Positions 30,292 through 32,000 of a stretch of DNA of 32,000 nucleotides are shown here, in pieces. The notes beneath the pieces are model-generated. The model saw only the letters and a list, made by a program, of their open reading frames with translations. It was not told the origin of the DNA and made no database searches. The stretch is from Aquamicrobium soli (GTDB lineage Bacteria > Pseudomonadota > Alphaproteobacteria > Rhizobiales > Rhizobiaceae): assembly GCF_042646345.1 (NCBI RefSeq), contig NZ_JBHRTK010000012.1, positions 75,330 to 107,329 of the forward strand, given 5' to 3'. Positions within the stretch are counted from its first letter, which is position 1. Every line of letters starts with the position of its first letter. The position numbers and the translations under genes were made by a program.

Positions 30292-31133
30292 CCTTTCACT
30301 CCGCCGCTGGTCAGGCCCGAGATCAGCGCCCGCTGCATGAACAATCCGACCACGACCGGCGGCAGCGCCGCCAGCACGCCGGCGGTGGCGATCAGGCCGT
30401 AATCGGAAACGCGGCCGCCGGCGAGGTCGGCGATGGCGACCGTCAGCGTCTTGGCGCGCTGGTCTGAGGTGAACAGCAGGGCGTAGAAGAATTCGTCCCA
30501 GGCAAGCAGGAAGGCAAACAGCGCCGCCGTCGCCATGACCGGGCCGGCCAGCGGCAGGGTGATGATGCGCCATGTCTGGAGAAGGCCGGCGCCGTCGATC
30601 ATCGCCGCCGCCTCGATCTCGCGCGGAATGGTGTCGAAGCCCGACTTCATCAGCCAGGTGGTGAAGGGGGCCAAAATGGTCAGGTAGACCAGCGCCAGCC
30701 CGAAGACGTTGTTGAGCAGGCCAAGCCAGGCAAGGCCCATATAGAGCGGCACGGCGAGCGCCACCGGCGGCAGCATGTAGGTGGCGATCACCATCGACAG
30801 CGACCAGCCGACCGAGGGCGTGCGCGAAACGGCCCAGCCGGCCGGCACGGCCAGGACCAGCGCTGCCAGCGTCGCCATGCCGGCGATCTCGATGCTGTTC
30901 CTGAGCGAGGAGGTGAAGGCGGCGCCCGCGCTGTTTTCGGCGGTCGACAGCAGGACCGCGTAGCGCGAAAAATCGGCGTGTTGCGGCCACCACCTGAGCG
31001 GCTTGGCGGCAAGGTCGCCGGGCGGCGAAATGCTCATCACGAACAGCCACAGCACCGGCGCCAGGATGACGACGGCGAGCAGCAGCGCGCAGGCGTAGAC
31101 GAAGACGGTGAAGGTCCGGCTCCGGCGTTCCAT
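30288..31133 (-). CDS. Carbohydrate ABC transporter permease (MalG/UgpE-like)
   Basis: Start ATG 31133 (MERRSRTFTVFVY) shares its A with the upstream permease stop (TGATG). EAA loop IEAAAMIDGAGLLQTWRIITLP. Six predicted hydrophobic spans. Confidence 0.9.
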   Translation of the reverse strand: MERRSRTFTVFVYACALLLAVVILAPVLWLFVMSISPPGDLAAKPLRWWPQHADFSRYAVLLSTAENSAGAAFTSSLRNSIEIAGMATLAALVLAVPAGWAVSRTPSVGWSLSMVIATYMLPPVALAVPLYMGLAWLGLLNNVFGLALVYLTILAPFTTWLMKSGFDTIPREIEAAAMIDGAGLLQTWRIITLPLAGPVMATAALFAFLLAWDEFFYALLFTSDQRAKTLTVAIADLAGGRVSDYGLIATAGVLAALPPVVVGLFMQRALISGLTSGGVKG

Positions 31134-32000
31134 CAGGCCGCACTCCCCGCCGTTTTCCTGACCAGCGCGGCATAGGCGACGGCCAGGACCGTGACCAGCA
31201 GCGTGACGATCAGCGCCAGCGATGCGCCGGACCCCGCCCGCTGGAAGGAAAAGGCTTCTTGGTAGACGAGAATGGACAGCGTGCGGGTCGAGTTCGCCGG
31301 CCCGCCGCGCGTCATCACCCAGATGATGTCGAACACCTTGAACGCCTCGATGGTGCGCAGCACCAGCGCCACCATCAGCGGCCCGGCGAGATAGGGCAGG
31401 ATGACGAAGCGGAAGCGGTTGAACGGCCCGGCGCCGTCGACCAGGGCGGCGGCAGTGACATCGCGCGGAACCGCCTGCAACGCCGCCAGCGCGATCAGCG
31501 CCACCAGCGGGAAATTCTTCCAGCAGTCGGCGACGATCAGGGCGGCAAGCGCCGTGCCCGGCTCGCCCAGCCAGGAGCGGTAGACGTCGATGAGGCCAAG
31601 CTGCGACAGCGCGGCGTTGAGCGCGCCATATTCCGGGTTGTAGATCAGCCGCCACAGCGTGGCGTTGACGACGGTGGGCAGCGCCCAGGGCAGGATCAGC
31701 AGCGCGCGCAGGGCGGCGCGGCCATGAAAGCGCTGGTTGAGCAGAAGCGCCGCGAGAACGCCGATGACCATTTCGGCGGCCACCGAGATCACCGCGAACC
31801 ACGTCGTGGTGACCAGCGTGCGTTGGAAATTGGAGCCGGAAACCATCTTGACGTAGTTGTCGAAGCCGACGAAATTGCCGCCGGTCCCCACCAGCTTGGC
31901 GTCGGTGAAGGACAGCGCGACGGTATCGGCCAGCGGCCAGCCGATGACCGCCACCATGACGACGAGCAGCGGCAGCATCAGCAGCCAGGCGCGGGTCGTC
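31133..32000 (-). CDS. Carbohydrate ABC transporter permease (MalF/UgpA-like); 5' end outside the window
   Basis: The frame stays open to the window edge (reads ...TTRAWLLMLPLLVVMVAV). EAA-like loop AAALVDGAGPFNRFRFVILP. Confidence 0.9.
   Translation of the reverse strand, partial: TTRAWLLMLPLLVVMVAVIGWPLADTVALSFTDAKLVGTGGNFVGFDNYVKMVSGSNFQRTLVTTTWFAVISVAAEMVIGVLAALLLNQRFHGRAALRALLILPWALPTVVNATLWRLIYNPEYGALNAALSQLGLIDVYRSWLGEPGTALAALIVADCWKNFPLVALIALAALQAVPRDVTAAALVDGAGPFNRFRFVILPYLAGPLMVALVLRTIEAFKVFDIIWVMTRGGPANSTRTLSILVYQEAFSFQRAGSGASLALIVTLLVTVLAVAYAALVRKTAGSAA

Noticed and set aside
28343-31802. Long N-terminal extensions of track ORFs 27257..29026, 29269..31173 and 30288..31802
   Set aside because: Each extension overlaps the upstream, well-supported gene in another frame. 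Internal ATGs with start/stop overlaps (ATGA, TGATG) give proteins of canonical family length.

Overview
This is a high-GC chromosomal segment. From gene content (guaA, oxyR-katA, nnrR-nirK-nirV) I infer a Rhizobiales/Mesorhizobium-like alphaproteobacterium, but I could not check this.

The window falls into three blocks:

1. **Bases 1-8890, housekeeping genes.** These are an acyl-CoA synthetase, yifB/comM, gshB, an RsmB-like methyltransferase, a PaaI thioesterase, an MTA/SAH-nucleosidase-like gene and guaA.

2. **Bases 8873-18736, a genomic island of about 9.86 kb in the 3' end of guaA.**
   - It is bounded by a perfect 18-bp direct repeat, ATCGAGTGGGAATAATTC, which contains the guaA stop codon.
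   - The left part is a decayed ICE-like module. It holds an intact P4-type tyrosine integrase, then three back-to-back truncated genes: an alpA-like gene, a trbB/virB11 fragment and a ParB-like gene.
   - The right part is visibly AT-richer cargo. It starts with an AbiEi/DUF6088-like gene.
   - That gene is followed by a four-gene, translationally coupled operon: hsdM, hsdS, an ABC/SMC-type ATPase and an HNH nuclease.
   - No hsdR lies anywhere inside the att-bounded island.
   - This operon is the most interesting candidate. It may be a Type I methyltransferase/specificity pair wired to a Septu-like (PtuA/PtuB-like) ATPase-nuclease module in place of HsdR.

3. **Bases 18737-32000, core genome again.** This holds divergent oxyR-katA, recQ and a bacterial alternative oxidase. 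It also holds nnrR-nirK-nirV with an FNR/NnrR-type box, and a minus-strand sugar/amino-sugar ABC operon (permease, permease, SIS protein, PfkB kinase, ATPase).

I recognised no rRNA, tRNA or CRISPR array. Many long ORFs in the track are GC-rich shadow frames and were rejected. All family assignments rest on motif recognition by eye; no database search was possible.
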